A stretch of DNA of 63,986 nucleotides, the filler included, from Nemertoderma westbladi (lineage: Eukaryota > Animalia > Xenacoelomorpha), in the NCBI GenBank assembly GCA_032718475.1. It is 3 parts of 3 records of this genome, joined end to end, with 100 filler letters (N's around TTAATTAATTAA, not from the genome) between each part and the next. Parts side by side here need not be neighbours in the genome. Positions count along the whole stretch, not along the records: positions 54,194 to 63,986 come from JAUCBJ010003329.1; 2 more parts are not named here. One strand, 5' to 3'. Numbering within the stretch: position 1 is the first letter of the stretch; each line of letters opens with the position of its first letter. The position numbers and the translations under genes were made by a program. The notes under the pieces were generated by a model. The model was not told where the DNA came from, ran no database searches, and saw only the letters and a list, made by a program, of their open reading frames with translations. Shown piece by piece: positions 62,792 to 63,986 of this stretch.

Positions 62792-63502
62792 AATTACTAA
62801 ATTTCACTTGTTCCTTCCTCAGTATACAGTATAACGTTGTATCAACAGCGCAACTAAACGATTAGGATTCAGATGTGTTTCTGAAAGTTTTAACAAGAAA
62901 TACATTAATATATTAATTAATATTGATAATTAATTAGCGATATTTAATATTGGGTAATATAAAATAATACCGTGACGGCTTTAGGGTTGTTTTCTGTTTG
63001 AAACATTTCATAACAAATACGGATGAATAACCCTTAAAACATTAGACGGGGTAGGTCGATTTCGTTACAATATGATAATTTAATACAATTAATTCAGAAA
63101 CCTGTGATGATTCCTGATATTATCGCTATAGTTACGGTTATCAACAACGCAGCAGCTTGGTACCCCGCTTGGGTACCGGCACTTATTCCCGACTGCCCAT
63201 TGGCTAACTCGCGGTTAGGGAAGAGGTCATTGAAGCTGTAAAGAAAAAAATATTTGTTATGAATTACATTTCATTTCATTTCAACGTCAAACCGGTCAAG
63301 CAGGCACTTTAATAGTAAAAGGGTCGGGCCATGATGTCGAATATACACAATAATAAAATAAAATAGCAACATTAACAAACCATCACCAAAATCAATGACA
63401 AATAGTGTCTAAGGTGCCAAGGATACCAGTGTAGGTCGGATCACGTGTAGTGTTATTTGAGCGTAGTGGTAGTGATGATTTGTGGTATGATAGCTGTGTG
63501 TC

Positions 63503-63985
63503 TCATGGGATGTTGTAAAATTCCAGAATTCGTTTCCTCCTAACGTCAAGGTACTTCGATTGGTGACTCAGGCAACTGGCGACAAACATACCGTTGAACT
63601 GGTCCGTAAGTGTCGGTTGGCAAATGTTTATGCGCAAGCAGAGGGCGCGGGGGTCAAAAGCAAATGACATGATCGAGTACCACTTGGGCAATTCAAAGGT
63701 ACGAGTGGCTTGGTGGTAGCCACCGAGCAAACCTGCATGTGGACCAACCTTGATATCGTAGTTATGTTGTGCGGAGAGGCGGAAGGCCAGTTGCAATGGA
63801 GTGTTGGGGCACGACAGCGTGCGTACCAGTGTGCCCATACACTGTCTGATTGCAGTGACAGACATCGGTAGACAGCGGGATATATGATACAGGGTCGAGT
63901 TACTTATATATGATCCAAGGTTGTAAAAGCTTTTGTGGGATAACTGATACGTTTGCCTTTGCTGGCCAGTTCCCCCCCAGGCGCT
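63503..63985 (-). CDS. C-terminal part of an unidentified ORF open to the window edge
   Basis: The 63503-63865 frame stays open upstream to the edge (160 codons before the stop) in GC-richer, non-repetitive sequence; no recognised motif. Confidence 0.4.
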   Translation of the reverse strand, partial: SAWGGTGQQRQTYQLSHKSFYNLGSYISNSTLYHISRCLPMSVTAIRQCMGTLVRTLSCPNTPLQLAFRLSAQHNYDIKVGPHAGLLGGYHQATRTFELPKWYSIMSFAFDPRALCLRINICQPTLTDQFNGMFVASCLSHQSKYLDVRRKRILEFYNIP

Positions 63986-63986
63986 G

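Overview
AT-rich, intron-containing animal (invertebrate-like) genomic DNA, not prokaryotic. Two artificial 100-bp scaffold spacers (N44-TTAATTAATTAA-N44 at 29526-29625 and 54094-54193) split it into three contigs that need not be adjacent. Host genes: (1) a minus-strand PLAT-lipoxygenase with five clean, phase-compatible exons from 28745 to 9094, followed by what looks like a decayed next exon; (2) an intronless, divergent ARL4-like small GTPase (58237-58989) with no myristoylation site and Asp in place of the catalytic Gln; (3) fragments of a G2E3-like HECT pseudogene; (4) an unidentified ORF running off the right end. Most of the rest is mobile or repetitive DNA: a full-length Ty3/Gypsy element with identical LTRs but broken ORFs, a split RTE-type LINE, a THAP/P-element transposase pseudogene and a related long-TIR foldback element, two piggyBac-like MITEs, hAT, Harbinger and TA-flanked MITEs, a BEL/Pao fragment, a tandem array of a ~1.74-kb Helitron-like unit and several minisatellites. 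The very long ORFs at 14.8-17.9, 20-28.6 and 56.6-57.5 kb are satellite artefacts. I see no CRISPR array or RNA gene, and no clearly new multi-gene system. The best leads are the atypical ARL4, a candidate mutually exclusive lipoxygenase exon, and several structural details of the transposons. All comparisons were made by eye.
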